A stretch of 64,000 nucleotides of DNA from contig NW_002060947.1 of NCBI RefSeq assembly GCF_000150275.1, forward strand, positions 6,149,736 through 6,213,735, written 5' to 3'. Numbering within the stretch: the first letter of the stretch is position 1; every line of letters begins with the position of its first letter. This DNA is from Trichoplax adhaerens (lineage: Eukaryota > Animalia > Placozoa). The position numbers and the translations under genes were made by a program. The notes below the pieces were generated by a model. That model saw only the letters and a list, made by a program, of their open reading frames with translations, had not been told where the DNA came from and did no database searches. Positions 1-14,750 of the stretch are shown piece by piece.

Positions 1-183
1 ACATTTTATCCATATATAAATGCAATTACTTGAATCGCTTTCAATACAACAACCATGAATAGCATTGATATTGTAGTGAAATGATACGTTATCATTAACA
101 TCTACTATAACCTAGCTTGGTTTGATTGCCTACGAATAAAGCATGTCTAGTTACAACTAGTCTATATGTCAATGAAAAGTTAC

Positions 184-2191
184 CAGCAGCAGGAGCATCG
201 CTAATTATATTGGGCTGTTCTAATGTTGTAATGTCGTCATTCTCCGTCCAAAAGGCGCTTTTTAATGTCCTTAAGAAAGGCAAAACAGTTGGTAGCATAC
301 TTTGATAGTTACATTGATGTAGCGATGTCATGAGAACCACTTTATCAGCATCAAACGTCTGCATTAACTATAGAAAGATAGATAGTAGAGAAAGATGAAT
401 CAAATTGAAAAGTTGACCAGCGTTCTAGACTGCTAAATGGAATAGTGATGTGATTGACAGTCACTGAAGTAAAAATAATATTAACAAGGCTATGCCATAC
501 ACTTTGTGCCCATTGAAAAGAATCTTGAGGTTTGTTGGAGCAAAAACATATTAATATAGAGTTTTCATTGTCGATACCAATTACTGGATATCGATGACGT
601 TGGCTAGTTTGACCATCCAAGGCGAAGTAGCCAATATTGTTCACTGTTCTATTGCTTAGATAGCCTTGTAAAAGAATGGTTGAAGCTAGAGCGAATAAAA
701 TTCAGAAAATTAGAACGTATGTATTTGTTCATAGTAGATAGATAGTTCATAGAACAATTATACTCATAGTATACCCGTATGGAATTGACTGTGCAAGCAT
801 TTATGCAGGTTCAGCTTAAGTTTAATAATGCAATTACTTCAACATGAACTATGGCGAGTTCACAAATTGTTGTTCTAAAAAGACACGTCCTATGATTACA
901 AACCTTAGCTAGTGAACTTACATACTAACTAGTCAAGGTCGATGGTAGTAGTTTTAAATCTTGCTATTTCTATTTTATTCCATGTACTGTATCATGTCTA
1001 TGTCCAGTATATTACATAGTCATAAATATTGCGATTTCTAAAATGCAAGTCTGTACAATAAAGCATGCGATTCTTTTATGAGTATTATTATATGTAATTA
1101 AGCTCCTGTTTTATTACAGTAAACTTCGAGACCACTTTAGACAGTATGAACAACCCAATATTGGTAGAATGTACAGTAATGTGCGAGTCGATTTCTTCTC
1201 TAATTCTTTCCCTTCTTTCTCTAATCTGGCATGATTTGGTATTTTGAAAGATTAGTATAACGAGTAATCTACCGTCTCGTTTCTAGCAACTGTGCCTATG
1301 CCTACATATGGACGAAGGTATTCAAAAGTAAAGTAGATCATGATATGCACTCTTATTTACAATTTAAAAAATAGTCAATTCAATCTAAATCTATTTACAA
1401 CTATATTAAGCCAGAGTGTTACAGACTAGTCGATTAATGTTTTACTATACTCGTCGATATGTAGTAAGATCAGTCAATGCTTATTGAATGTTCTCATCCT
1501 TAAAATACACGCGTACTATGCGTATGATTAAGGATTCGAAAATAATTATATCATAGAACGTGACTGGGATTTCTTGCTCTAGTTTACATCATCACATCAA
1601 TCCGTTCTTCTACCAAGGATTTTTTACATCATTCTCTCCAATGACACGATAGACACTTGTATCAATGTTACGATGTAACCTAGCAGCAAGATTTATTTTG
1701 GAGGCAGCACTCCAGCAACGATATAAACATTGCAAGGCAAAATGACGAAATGATGGAAAACATCTCCCTTGTCACAACCATGTCCATTGACACAGCGTCG
1801 AAACAGTTACCCATACCATGAAATAGGGGGGGTAGATTAAAAGAGTTTCTTCAGATAGATCGATTTAATCCAAGTAGAAACATTGACGATGAAAGCAGAT
1901 CCATTTAATGATTCTCTGTAATCAATATTATGTCCTCTCCTTATTGGTCTATGTCGAGTGTCCATCATGATTATTCAGCAAAAATCCATCTTGTATAGCC
2001 GTGTTGGACAACATCAACACCAACTTACCTGGATCGAAAGTGATGATTATCTCTTTACAGTTCCATTTGGATGCTAGCTTTTCACCTTCATCCTGATCTG
2101 CTAAATGAAAGGTATATTTAGCATGTTGCAAGGCAGTTTCATCATCCTCCAAGTCGTCGAATGGACTACGAGCAAAGTAGTTAACAGCCAT
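184..2191 (-). CDS. PSMG1: Proteasome assembly chaperone 1 (PAC1/DSCR2), first three exons; 3' end lies outside the window
   Basis: Exons 2191-2029, 685-501 and 367-184 join in frame through GT-AG introns: MAVNYFARSPFDDLEDDE...CKEIIITFDP/ASTILLQGYL...FQWAQS/LMQTF...PFLRTLKSAFW...LEQPNIISDAPAA. The last segment matches the PSMG1 signature PFLRALKT...LEQPNIVHDLPAA recalled from the human protein. Confidence 0.85.
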
Positions 2192-2539
2192 AGCGCTTTT
2201 CTCGATTGCAATGACGTAGTGGTTTTTGCAGTCCACTCTAGTCTGCAGTACAGTACACAGCGTCCTGTCGGCTACCCTATAGTATAGACTGTAAGCCCAT
2301 GACCCTGACGAAGTAGTCAACAACATCGACTCGATATTGCTGAAACATGGCGAAAAATTCCACTAGTTAGTATAAAACTATTTCAATCGTATTAAGTTGA
2401 TTGCGCTAATATTCTCAGTACTGCTTATAAAGGATGGAAATGAACCCAGTCGAATGTATACTAAACAAACAGCTGTACAGCAGGCAATATCCAATTTCCA
2501 AATACTTGATATGGCCTTTCTACTCATTAAAATTATGCC

Positions 2540-3335
2540 CAGCCATCATTTACTTATACTTTATTCAGCAGAATAGACTAATCTCACTTCTACGGTGGCT
2601 ACTTAAGATTACAGAGGGTCTAAAACTACTTTTACAATCCCGTCTTTTCAGCTATAGATATAGCCGCTAGCCATCATTTACTGTACTTTATCAAGCAGAA
2701 TAGACTAATCTAATTTCTACGGTGGCTACTTGAGATTAGAGATGATCTAAAACTACTTTTGCTAGAGATGATCCAAAACTACTTTTACAACCCCGTCTTA
2801 CCAGCTATAGATATAGATATAGCTGCTCTACTCATTATTGCTAGCCATCATTTACTATACTTTACTAAATAGAATAGACTAATCTAACTTCTACAGTGGC
2901 TACTTGAGATTACAGATGATCTAAAACTACTTTATAACCCCGTCTTACCCACTACAGATATAGACATAGCCGCTCTACTCATTATTGCTAGCCATCATTT
3001 ACTATACTTTATTAAGCAGAATAGACTAATCTAACTTTTACAGTGGCTACTTGAGATTACAGATGATCTAAAACTACTTTTACAACCCCGTCTCGCCAGC
3101 TATAGATATAGATATAACCGCTCTACTCATTATTGCTAGCCATCATTTACTATACTTTATTAAGCAGAATAGACTAATCTACGGTCCCGCAGTGCTGACT
3201 TGAGATTATATGGTCTAAAACTATTTTTACAACACCATCTTGCCAGCTATAGATATAGCCGCTCTATTCATTAGCGCCAGCCATCATTTAGTGTATAATT
3301 ATTTTATTAAGCGCAATAGACTAATCTACGTCTCA
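2540..3335. repeat. Degenerate tandem array, about 147 bp unit, 6 copies
   Basis: GCCATCATTTAC..TACTTTA..AAGCAGAATAGACTAATCT recurs near 2542, 2670, 2844, 2991, 3138 and 3280. Confidence 0.9.
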
Positions 3336-3849
3336 CAGTGCTTATTAGAAATTATAGTACAACTTTCAGCACATATGACTACTGGAATTAACTGAAATTA
3401 CTACGATTTGGACTTGCTTGATTTATAATTAATTATTTATTATTATAGTGTATATATACGCACTCCTATATAGTCGCGTAATAGGATATATCAAAATAGA
3501 ATTAATTAATTCATGAAACATGAAATATTACGCCTTTTATCTGAATCATGCCCTCCAAATATTGATAGATTGAATATGATAACGTTTCTACCCGTTGTGT
3601 AAGTATAGAATGCTACATATTAGGCTATCCAAGAGAGATTAGAGTTTCTGCAATCTTTCCGGGATAGCCTACTGACAGTGTACATGCAGTCAAGGTGAGT
3701 GTCAACATGCACAACTAGACAACTTTAAGCTCATTCTATCAATTGATAACTGTCTTTTATAGAAATAGATGTAGATATAGTCAACATGAGGGCGAAAATG
3801 TAGAGGTTGATCACCTTCTACTTACTCGATTGATCGAAAATTACACCTT

Positions 3850-4560
3850 TTCGATACAGACGCGTAGAGTCAAAGTCAGTCAGAAAATAGCTATTGAAAT
3901 AAACTTCTATTCCTATACACAAGATTAATTGCAGACTAGAGCTTTTCGCTTTTACAAATATACGTATGCATGTACATAAATTTAAAGTTAGCAGGAAAAT
4001 AGAGCATTCGATGAACTTGTATTCTTGCCCTCTGCATAGATTGAAAATGATAGCTTTAAGCGCATGTGTGATATGCATAGGGTCAAAGTTAGTAGGAAAA
4101 TGGAAAATTAGCTAAACTTTTATTCTAGATGACTGGATTGGCCACAACCATAGCTCTTTCTATGTATGCGAGTGCAAATAGTCAACTTTATTAGAAAAAT
4201 GAAGAATAAGATAATGTTTTATTCCTACTCACTAGATTAACTAAAAGGTATCGTTTTTGAAGGTGTATGAGTGTATATAGCCAAATTTGTTAGGAAGATG
4301 GAGAATAAGATAGACTTCTCTCTGTCTGCTCACTTGATTAACCGAAAGGGCAACTCTTATAGGTGTTCGAGAGCATATAATATATAATCAACGCTAACAG
4401 AAAACCGAGAATAGTGTGTAGATAAACCTCTATTCCTGCTCACCGAAACGCCAGAAAACGATCTTTTAGCTTTTTCGATGAATACATATATATAGGATCA
4501 AAGTTAAAAGGAAAATTAAAAATTGGACAAAAATCCAATCCTGCTTACTGAGTTGATTGA
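3850..4560. repeat. Highly degenerate tandem array, about 100-110 bp unit, about 7 copies
   Basis: AAAGTTAG.AGGAAAAT...AAACTT.TATTCCT-like blocks recur near 3902, 4014, 4114, 4213, 4312, 4424 and 4531. Confidence 0.6.
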
Positions 4561-5264
4561 AAATAAATGGCTTACATAGTTCTGGATCGCTTACAAGGGA
4601 CAACATATCTTACGTAAATATTATAGGATTATAGAACTGTGGGAAAATCGGTGCATAGTAGTAATATCCGCCCTAATGACGTAGAATTAAGAATTAAGAA
4701 CGGGAAATATATCCAGCTACAATACCGTTTATCTGTAGTCTACTGCGTACCTGCAATAGAATCAATCGTTCTATTTTCGATGGAAATCAAATTATCTCCA
4801 GTTTATCAATCATTCTACTTATTTAATTTAATATCATATTGAGAAATAGGATAAATAAATGCATTATGTCATAAATCATTTCAAAATGGGACAAAGTAGG
4901 ACCATTCAGAGCAGTAATTAAATTGCTCTACTTCTAAATCACCTTTGCCAAGCCAAGATAGTACAATGTTATTTGTTGAGAATGTAAAAAGCTAACGTAC
5001 TAACATAGAAATTTATGCTGGCAATGGTAATATCAGGTACAACACAAGTAGAGACCATTATTGCATACATATTGAGCAGTGTTCTTGACGAAATTTCACC
5101 CTTTAAAGCCTTACTACGAACAGAATCAGTTATTTACTGAATGATACTTTCAACGAGTGCAGTAAATCGAAAATAAGCACCGTTCTATGCAAAGTGACTA
5201 TCAATTAATTGATTACTTCGCCAGCATAATCACTTTACTGTCAAACTACGCTCAGAAAACAACA

Positions 5265-5995
5265 ACTTCATTCATTAAAATTTGAAACTCTCTCTTCAAC
5301 AGTGCGTTATTATTACTACGAAAATATTAAAACATTCAGTAGTAACTACTTTAGGAAGACTTAGAAACTCATTTAAACTAATTTAGTAAATGTAAACATA
5401 AGTCAATAACGAAGACGAAGTTAAGAAATAGCAAATCCATTCATTAAAATTCGGAATTCTCTCTTTTACAGTGCATCATTATTGTTACGAAAATATTGAA
5501 ACATTAGTCAATAGTAGCAGCTGAATGAGCCTGTAAGAAGTAAAAATTGCTTTGGATCGACTGAAACCTCATCTAAGCTAATACGGTAAATGTAAACGCA
5601 AGTCAATAACGAAGACGAAGTAGAGAGACAGCAAATTCATTCGTTAAAATTGAAATTCTCTTTTCTATAGTGCACTATTATCACTGCAGAAACATTGAAA
5701 TGAGGCTAACACTACCAAAATAGACTAATAGAAAGCAAAAACTGATTTGGATCGATTTGAAAACTCATCTAAGCTAATGCGGTCAATGTAAATGTCAGTT
5801 AGCAACGAAGAAAAAGTAAAGAAACAGCAAATTCATTCATTAAAATTGAAATTCTTTCTTCTATAGTGCACTATTATTACTATAAAAACATTGGAATATG
5901 GTCAACACTACCAAAATAGACCAGTAGGAAGTAAAAACTCTTCGAAACTAATACGGTAAATGTAAATGCAAGTTAACAACGAAGACGAAGTAAAA
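5265..5995. repeat. Degenerate tandem array, about 170-197 bp unit, 4 copies
   Basis: TTCATTCATTAAAATT.GAAA.TCT and GTAAATGTAAA...AACGAAGACGAAGT recur near 5267, 5438, 5635 and 5832. Confidence 0.85.
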
Positions 5996-7622
5996 GCTGA
6001 TGGCTAAAAGACCAATCCAAACGGCAAGTTGAATATAAGTTAGAAGGTAACGTAGAATAAATTATTAATTAATCAATGAATGAGAAGCTTGTGGATTATT
6101 AATTATACTAGCTAATAGCTATTCGCTGCCATCCTATCACAGTAAAGTACACATGGATAATGATGTGCACAGCATGATAATCCAGACTTGGTTTAATTAA
6201 GAGGATAATCAACCCATGCATATTTCTTGCTTCCCTCTTATTGGCTGCCATCTTGAATATAAATCCATCATCATTATAAATAGATAAATGAATAATATCA
6301 AGGATAAATAAAATTCATTCTAACCCATTCTTTTCAATAAGAAATCAAATCATGTATTGGCCAATAATTTTATTATAGCCTAAGGGCATATTCGATACTT
6401 TGTATTGCATGTTCATCGATGAAAAGAATAATTAACTTGATCATTCGTTATGTCCATGCAAGCCTAATTACTATGCAGTAATTTCATGTAAAGAATTGCC
6501 TTTACATTTCATCCCCTTTAGACAATCGATTGATCGTCATTAGATCAACGTATAAAATAAAAACAATAATATCCTCCTTCAATAGCGATTACGTTTATAC
6601 AACAGTGGATGGCCGAAAGCTTTGACGCCTGGTAGCCAAGTGCAAACATTACTTACGTATATCGAAAAAATCAGAAACAGTCGTAGCAGTCAGCATAGGA
6701 AGCGAATGTCGATGACAACGTTAACATCAAGATATTCCACTTCAATTTAAAGGAATCATCAAGTAAGTCATTCAATCTAGTCCGTAGATTATTTCACTCC
6801 TCTATAATCTATCGACAATCCCTGAACATGATTAAAGCAAAAGTTTAACCAACAAAATGTTAGTTAATATTGATGGATACGAGACCATTCAAACGGGAAG
6901 AAAAAAACACGATAATTGACGATAAGGTGTTACCTAACAGTCTTATTTACCCGGGATAATACTCACACTGGCTTGGTAAATTTCGCATTTAGTTGTCTAG
7001 TAGTTGCCATAAAATATAGTAAATGCTGTTGAAAATAGCAGAAAATGAACGAGAATCCACCCTGACTAAATGGCCGATATCTAGAATTTTAGATATCGAT
7101 AGCCACAGGTTGTATTGTTGATCGCTGTCGCTTGGTGCCAATAGAAAGAAAAAACGAGTAAAATTTATTGTCCAGTTAGAGCAATTTAGAAATAATCACA
7201 AGAAAAAAAAATGGGGTAATCGATCGTTATTGGATTATCATTAAAATACCCAAGACATAATCAATATTGATAGTTCATGAGTCTGTTCGTTAGTATTAAC
7301 TCCATACTATCCAACATGGAACCTTATGTATATTAAATCATTGGGGAATAGTCGATAGAAATCATCTCAAATAAATACAATAAGGCTAAAATAATCCATT
7401 TCTTGATGTAAATAAATGTTTGATATTACTCTCCAAGGATCACAAATTAATAAAAGGAATCATTCATATTTCTAGTTAATCGACAATCTGTTATACTTTA
7501 TTTTTAAAGATCAATTGTATAACATCGATTATCTTTGATTCTGATGTTAAGAGTAAAAATGATTTAATTAGTTGTAAAATACTATCTTTAATAGAAATCA
7601 TTTATTGATAGAAGATTAAGCC

Positions 7623-10600
7623 ATGCCTAGGAAGAAAACGTCGCCACCAGAAAAGAAAGGATCGAAATTTCTAGCAACTTTTTGTTGCTGCTGTTATTCA
7701 CCACCAGTAAGTGCCGCTAACGTACAAAGTTACAAGTACTATTTTAATTGAATCAATTTTTTTCGCTCCATTTTACTGGTACTTAATATTTGGCAGAAGG
7801 CTTACCAATTCAATCATCCTCTTATATAATTAGAATACAGTCGCCATTAATTCTTCTCTGATAAACAATATATAAGACTTTCAGGCTGAGTTTTATCATA
7901 CAGATTAATGAACTTCTCTAGCAAGGCGTTTTAATAACGGCCTGGTACTTTCCTTTTTAGTAACGCTATGCAACAATTCATTCCTGAACGTAGTTATAAA
8001 TTGATACTCTACAGAATAAGTAAAAAATTCAAAATATAGCATTGTGACGATCCCATTAGACTTTCAAATTGAGTTTTATCATGTAGATTAATGAACTCAT
8101 TTAGCGAGGCATTTTAATGATTACTTTCCGTTTTAGTTATACGCTATCCAACGATTCATTTCTTTCTTTACAAAATTATAAATCGATATTCTACAGAATG
8201 AGTAATGTATTCAAATTAACATTTCAATAATCCCAAAAGGCTTTCAGATCGAGATTTATCACGTAGAATAAAGAACTTGTCTAAAAATTAGGCTAGGTCT
8301 TTACTTTTTCTTCAGTAACGTATCCTACGACTCATTCTCTTCTTATGAAGTTGTAAATTGATATTCTACGGAACAAGTAATGCATTCAAAACATTAGCTT
8401 TCAAATAATCTTGTAAGGCTTTCAGACTGAGCTTTATCATGTAGAAGAAGTAACTCTTGTAGAAACTAAACAAGGCGTTTAATGGCTACTTCCCGTTTAG
8501 TACGCTATCCAACGATTCATTTCTCTATGTGGAGTTATAAATTGATATTCTACAGAATAAGTAATATATTCAAATTAGCATTCTAAACTATATAAAAGAA
8601 TAATAAATAAGTCAATGAAGCCAAGCGCAATGACTGATTCGTATCTACTATTTCCATAGAAAAAAAAATCAAAGGAAAAGTCCAAACTATTAAAAAATTC
8701 TGCCGTGGATGATGATCGCGATGAACTTACTTCATCTTCTGGTGAACATTACCCGATGGAAGAAAACAGCTGCTCTAGTCGAAGCCATGGCGATAATGGA
8801 CCACCTAGCCCAATAACAACTTACGAACAGGTTATTACCAACAGGGAAGAAGAAATCACTTTACCACAAAACTCTGTAAGTCGACGAATAATGATAAAAA
8901 TAAAAACAATTAAAAACGCGGAATAGAATTAATCAGGGATGAAAAATAATTCTAATTTCCGTCACAGCTCATTAATTACCTACTGTAGTGTAAGCAACAA
9001 CTTTCCATACCGCATTAATATTCAACAGTAGTAATACTTCCCTGCATGTGTTTACTAACTTTCAACGAGAAATAACAATACCATTGATCCGAATCTCCAC
9101 CTCCATAAAGAAAATACTGTTTCAATAAAGTTGCCTAGTTTCGATCTACTAAAATCAGTTAACATTGAAGCGGTGTTCTCTTTCTCTTCGATCAATGTAG
9201 TATGTTACCAGAGCTCTAGACGCTAAAAGCGTTGTTGGCTACTACGGTAAAGTATCAGGTAAAATCGATATGGATGATGGAAATAAGCATTATGTCTTCA
9301 AGCAATGGAATGATGTGGTAATGAATAAATTACGTTTATATTATTACCTATTAATAGACCTGCATACTGATCATAATCATTATTACTGAGCAGATTTTTC
9401 AAGATATCAATGTTGGTAAACAAGTAGAAATTTTATTGAGGTGAATTATAATTAAAAGTACATGCCAACATTACAATTTATATATTAAAGAAATAGATGC
9501 TACTGCTTTACTTGTATTAACAAATGTAAACTGATCATGTAGAATTCGTCATGAAAATATCATTAAAGTCTTGGCCTATATTAGAAACGATTCATTTGGT
9601 GGTGTCTTGGAGGAATATTGTCATATCACACTTCATAATCGTTTATTTGATATTGGGGTAAAATATTTGAAAATTGACCGTTAGATAATATAAAATATTA
9701 GAGGTAGAATTAGTAATAATACTAAATATTGAAAGTAGCGCAATCTCATACAAATATTTATGATCTTATTTCAGCCAACAAATAGTGCTGCAGTCTTAGA
9801 TTGCTTTCGACGTTATCGTATCTTGTTTGATATTATGATGGCTTTAAAGTATTTGCACGAGAAAAAGATTGTCCACAATAATATCACCAGGTAATTTGAA
9901 TTGCAAGACTAACCTCAATCTATCATATTTACTTGAAGATAGAATGCACGATATACCATAATTTATTGATCACTAATACCTTCTTTTCTCAATATTGCTT
10001 TTTAACATGTTTATATCTGCCGGCTCCTTCTTGAATTTCATTAACTTGGGATTATCTAGCTATAATATTTTATTAACACAAGAAAATAAAGCTAAATTAA
10101 CTCATGGCGGTTACCAAAGCATATTTTCGGGAATAGATCGTGCCATAGATAAAACATATTTTAAGACAGTTCCAACGAAATTGGAATATTACAGTCCTCA
10201 AGCACTAACCGGTATTTTACAACCAGAAAATGATATCTATAGCTTTGGTGTGGTAAGTTTTCTTATATTTTGAGCTATTCATTGCAAGACTGCCCTTACT
10301 TAGACATCTACGTAAAGATTACTTCAGAGATATGATATTAAGTGATCTAGTTCACTCCTTTTCGCAATCTTCTGCACTTATCCCGCAATATACACAGTAT
10401 ATATCCAAAACCTTTAATTCTACTGAATTGGTTGAGCTCAATAAGCATTTGAAACAAAACCACAATACAGGAAGTAAATAGTGCACTGACAACATTATAT
10501 GATTTTCTGAATATGTTATCTATCAATTAACTTCCAAAACGATACAGACTATTCTCTCAGGATCATCAAACTATGTCGGCGTGTCTCTGTCTCTATAACA

Positions 10601-11982
10601 GAATAGGTTATTAATACGAAACGAAATGCAAACTAATTTATAGCTAATATATATCAATATCAAAGTTACATAGATACTAGTTTAAAAGTACGCAATTTTC
10701 TGTATAAAGATGCAGAAAATGGACAAGATTGTCATCAGAAAGTATGAGTACAAGTTAAATTATCTATAAGAATCTACATAAAGTTGGTCAAGTAAATTAT
10801 CAGTGATATTCAGTTTCTACTTGTGAGCAGATACGGATTTCTTTAACTAAAAGTAACGCATTTCAACAGCTATATCTAAAAATTCATCTTCGAAATAATT
10901 AGAAGCGAATGATAAATATTAAATATATTCTGAAAATCTGTACAACCAATTAGTTTCATAATCGAGCATGAAGTCTTTACGGTATTCCTGAGCGAAGCGA
11001 AGATTTTTAGGCTATTGCGATTCTTATCATGCCCTTTCCAATACATATCTGTCTGAAATTAAAGAGTTTAGTTTTTAATATAATGTAATATGAGTAGCTA
11101 ACACTATGACTAATTAATATTATGAAGAATATCAGGTAATGCTCAATTTTATCGATTTTCACTCTCCGATTACGCATTTATCCGAAAGTAAATAGTTTAA
11201 TTTTAAAAAATTACAGCTATGAGGATGATTCTAAAATTAATATTATTACAGAATACCAGGTATCAATTTAGGCTTTGATTTTGATCTAGATCATTTTGGT
11301 TATGGTTATTGGCAACGAGCCGTACCAGCCTAATAATAAGCAATACCGTTATGCGGTAAGTTGAACTTTTAAACTATTCATGATAGAAAGATTACAGTTG
11401 TTAAGTATTAGTAAAAAGGTTAACCTTAGCAAAAGTTTTCTCTCATGATAAAAAACTTTAGATGTAAATAATTAATAGCTGTTGCAATTACTATCCAGTG
11501 AATGATTACAAATTGCTTTGTGCCATTATGATGAATAAAATTACGTATTCACAAATCATTACTTTAACACATATTTTAAATTATTATGATCGCCTATACA
11601 GATGCGGGTGTTGAGAGAAGATTCAGATTGGTCCATGTTAAAAGATTTTAGGATTAAATGGCCTAAAAATCAAGTATATCCTTCGCGAAAAACATTTCGC
11701 AAAGTTCTATTAAGAACTGCTTATGAATGTGTTAAAAAGAATAAAAATTCAAGACCAACATTAACTGATGTAAGACAAAGCTTTCCATAATTATTTCTGT
11801 TGTCATCCAATTTATTAGATGATACTAATCATTGATTTAAGTGTATCCTAATCACCATTGATCTGTAACAGAAATAAAATTGTTACGATTACAACTTGAT
11901 TAATGGAGATACTTATTTTAATTCTTTCTTTTAGCTAATTGAGAAATTTATCAAGTACGAAGCACGGTACTTCCAAGAATGA
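7623..11982 (+). CDS. IRAK/Pelle-like pseudokinase A (about 389 aa, 10 exons) with an N-terminal basic + CCCC motif
   Basis: Exons 7623-7706, 8660-8875, 9201-9317, 9394-9440, 9543-9657, 9775-9890, 10060-10252, 11290-11355, 11602-11769 and 11935-11982 are GT-AG with consistent phases. Motifs: MPRKKTSPPEKKGSKFLATFCCCCYSPP; GYYGKV; YVFKQ; IRHENIIKV; GVLEEYC; RYRILFDIMMALKYLHEKKIVHNNITSYNILL; KLTHGGY; YYSPQALTG; NDIYSFGV; C...RP. The R..I.....AL.YLH, DIYSFGV and D.R..WP segments are typical of the IRAK/Pelle/RLK group. Confidence 0.85.
7870..8585. repeat. Intronic degenerate tandem array, about 180 bp unit, 4 copies
   Basis: CTTTCAG..TGAGTTTTATCAT and TATAAATTGATATTCTACAGAAT recur near 7876, 8058, 8239 and 8416. 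Confidence 0.85.
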
Positions 11983-12101
11983 TCTAATGTAAATGAATTT
12001 ACATTCAAGGCCAATTATTTGTTGATCGACAACGATATCAAATTTGAACGTAGATTGTGATGTAGGATTACCTAAACTTAATCTTTTGGACTGAAGAAAG
12101 C

Positions 12102-12198
12102 CTAATTATCAATATTTCAAATGCCATGATGTTAAACTATCAAAATTGTCTAATTATCAATATTTCAAATGCCATGATATTAAACTATCAAAATTGTC
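12102..12198. repeat. 48 bp direct tandem duplication downstream of the pseudokinase A stop codon
   Basis: CTAATTATCAATATTTCAAATGCCATGAT[G/A]TTAAACTATCAAAATTGT occurs twice with one mismatch. Confidence 0.9.
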
Positions 12199-14169
12199 CG
12201 TATTACATCTGCATTTTTTAATTCTGTTTTAATATTCTCTATACAACATTGGATTTTATTTTGTACCTTAAAATTGAAGTTGAATTAAGGATGGTTACTT
12301 TGTTAGCTAAATTTGGGGCTAATCTTGTTTTGCTACTAGTAACTGGTATAATTTCTAATTTCAATTTCCGATTGGGACTATGCTTAACCAATACTATTTT
12401 TAATAATTAAATAATCATCATTATATATCGTATTTAACAATTGGTTTATCGACCTAACATTATTTCTCCTTAAGATCTATCATTAGGGTTAATTGTAAGT
12501 AAATGTTTAAAAAGGAACTGTATCTTCCTGCGGTACTTTTACCGAATATTTGGCTTAACTAGCATATTTGATAATATAGAAAGGAATTATTTTGTAGATC
12601 TTGCCAACACTATAGACAGACTGATTGATCTATTCACCTACGATATTTCTTTTATATCACAATTTATAAATTTTATTACAATACGAAGTTCCCATAAACG
12701 GCAGCCTTTAGCTTATCACTTGCTTTAATAAATATGCTTTTTTTTTAAATTTAGATATCAATTCTTGAAAAATATGTAGACTAGATTAAAAATAAATGCA
12801 TCGTGCTTAGTATACTCTACATTGTCAATCAGCACGTAACTTTAATTACGGTAATTTGTTCAGATAGAATACCATACAAGTTTTTCAGGTTTTATTCAGC
12901 AACATACCTTGGAAAATGAAGATTTGATGAAACTAATATGGTTTTCAAGATAGATTAGAAAGTACTTTTACTTTAACCATCTTAACTTGATACAAGGTTG
13001 TACCCACTCTTTCATGATTGCAGCTGAAATTCGTTAAATCATACTATTCAGTATTCACATTATATCGGATCTGTATGTTATCCATCTGTGCAGCATGAAC
13101 GCGTATTTTGCGATCGATAGAAGATGAGAATTAAATTCACAATTTTCCATTTAATGGTTAACTAATTTAATGATGCTAAACCTGGCTGCTCTGATTAACA
13201 GTGAATCAATTGCAATTCATTATTGCAGATATGATAAATTATAGTCATCGCCAAGTGAAACTCGTAGCAAGCCTATATTCATTATCCACATCCTATCAAC
13301 TTTTCTCATCGATAATAATGTACTGTAGAACATATACATCTGATAATAAGAGAAAAAGAAGATATGGTATCACATATGCCCATGCTATTAACTTTTTTCA
13401 TAATCTAAATATCGCATTTAATGGTTCCTATTAAACTGCTAATGGTTAGTGATTCGAATGGGAATACATGAAATTAAACCTCTTCACGTTGATTTTTTAA
13501 AGTAGAATATGATTAAATCTGGTGGAGATCAACTTTATTACCATAAGACTTTATTTCAGTAACCATTCTAATAACAAAGTCTCTCCATGTCGATTACTCT
13601 AAATTAGAAAATCGTGATTTACTACAAAACTTTTTGATAACCATACAGGAGATATATTATATTGTTATATTATGTTATATTTTTTAATACACAACGGATG
13701 CAACATCTAGACTATATTCTTTGTAGAGGGTTAGATTTTCAGTTATTCTCGATAGTAAAATGAACGAATCTGACTTTATAGAGAAAATTATTATTAAAAT
13801 ATTCAGCAAACATAATGAGGCTAACAAACAGATTAAGAGAGGATCACAATCGATTTTGAGAAAGATTTAAATCGACTAGTCCAATAGTAATGTTATCCAG
13901 TCAAATTAGCATACAAACAGTTCAATGCTGACTATTCGTCTCAGTCTATTTATTAATATCTCTCTGATATGGTAATATGAAAGATTGATTATAGCTGGCC
14001 AATTTTATACCGAAATCGGTACTCGTAGGAAAGGAAAAAAAGTTAACGGGATAGAAAGACAAGTGATAATTTTGGCAATAACAATGTCAATCGATTTAAT
14101 AGAACGATAAGTGGACATGTTTATAAAATTGTGAATTAACACTATCTCCAAAGAATTCAATCTTAAATT

Positions 14170-14750
14170 TATCCAATTTGCATTTCTTTATTGATAGATA
14201 ATGGTTGAAATAGAGATCAAGTTTATGAATTTTATGTTTTCTTAATCATCAGATAACTTAATTTCGAGGTTAAGGTATGTAAATGCATTTCTTTATTGAT
14301 AGATAATAGCTGAGATAGAGTTATTAAGTTTATGAGATTTTATATTTTCTTAATCATTAAATGACTTAATTTTAATGATACAGTATCTAAATGCATTTCT
14401 TTATTGATAGATAAAGGCGGAGATAGAGTTATTAAGTTTATGAGATTTTATATTTTCTTAATCATTAAATGACTTAATTTTAATGATACAGTATCTAAAT
14501 GCATTTCTTTATTGATAGATAATGGCTGAGATAGAGTTATTAAGTTTGTGAGTTTTATGTTTTCTAAATCGTTAGATAACTTAATTTTAATGATATCGTA
14601 TCCAAATGCGCTTTCTTTATTTAATAGATAATAACTCAGATAAAGCGATAGTAAGTTTACGAGTTTAATATTTTCCTAATCATCGCATAATTCAATTTTA
14701 AGGTTACGGTATCCAAATACACTTCTTTATTGATGGATAATGACTCCGAT
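14170..14750. repeat. Tandem array, about 107 bp unit, 6 copies
   Basis: AATGCATTTCTTTATTGATAGATAA...GAGATAGAGTTATTAAGTTT recurs near 14179, 14283, 14390, 14498, 14606 and 14717. Confidence 0.9.

Noticed and set aside
2161-2172. ATGGACTACGAG resembling the hairpin-element terminus
   Set aside because: It lies inside the PSMG1 coding exon (antisense of RSPF) and has no partner arm, so it is probably a chance match.
2192-2348. 45-aa N-terminal extension of PSMG1 from the ATG at 2326, and a 23-codon upstream ORF from 2348
   Set aside because: Similarity to PSMG1 begins at MAVNYF (2191). The extension crosses a CAGTA-repeat stretch and has no other support.
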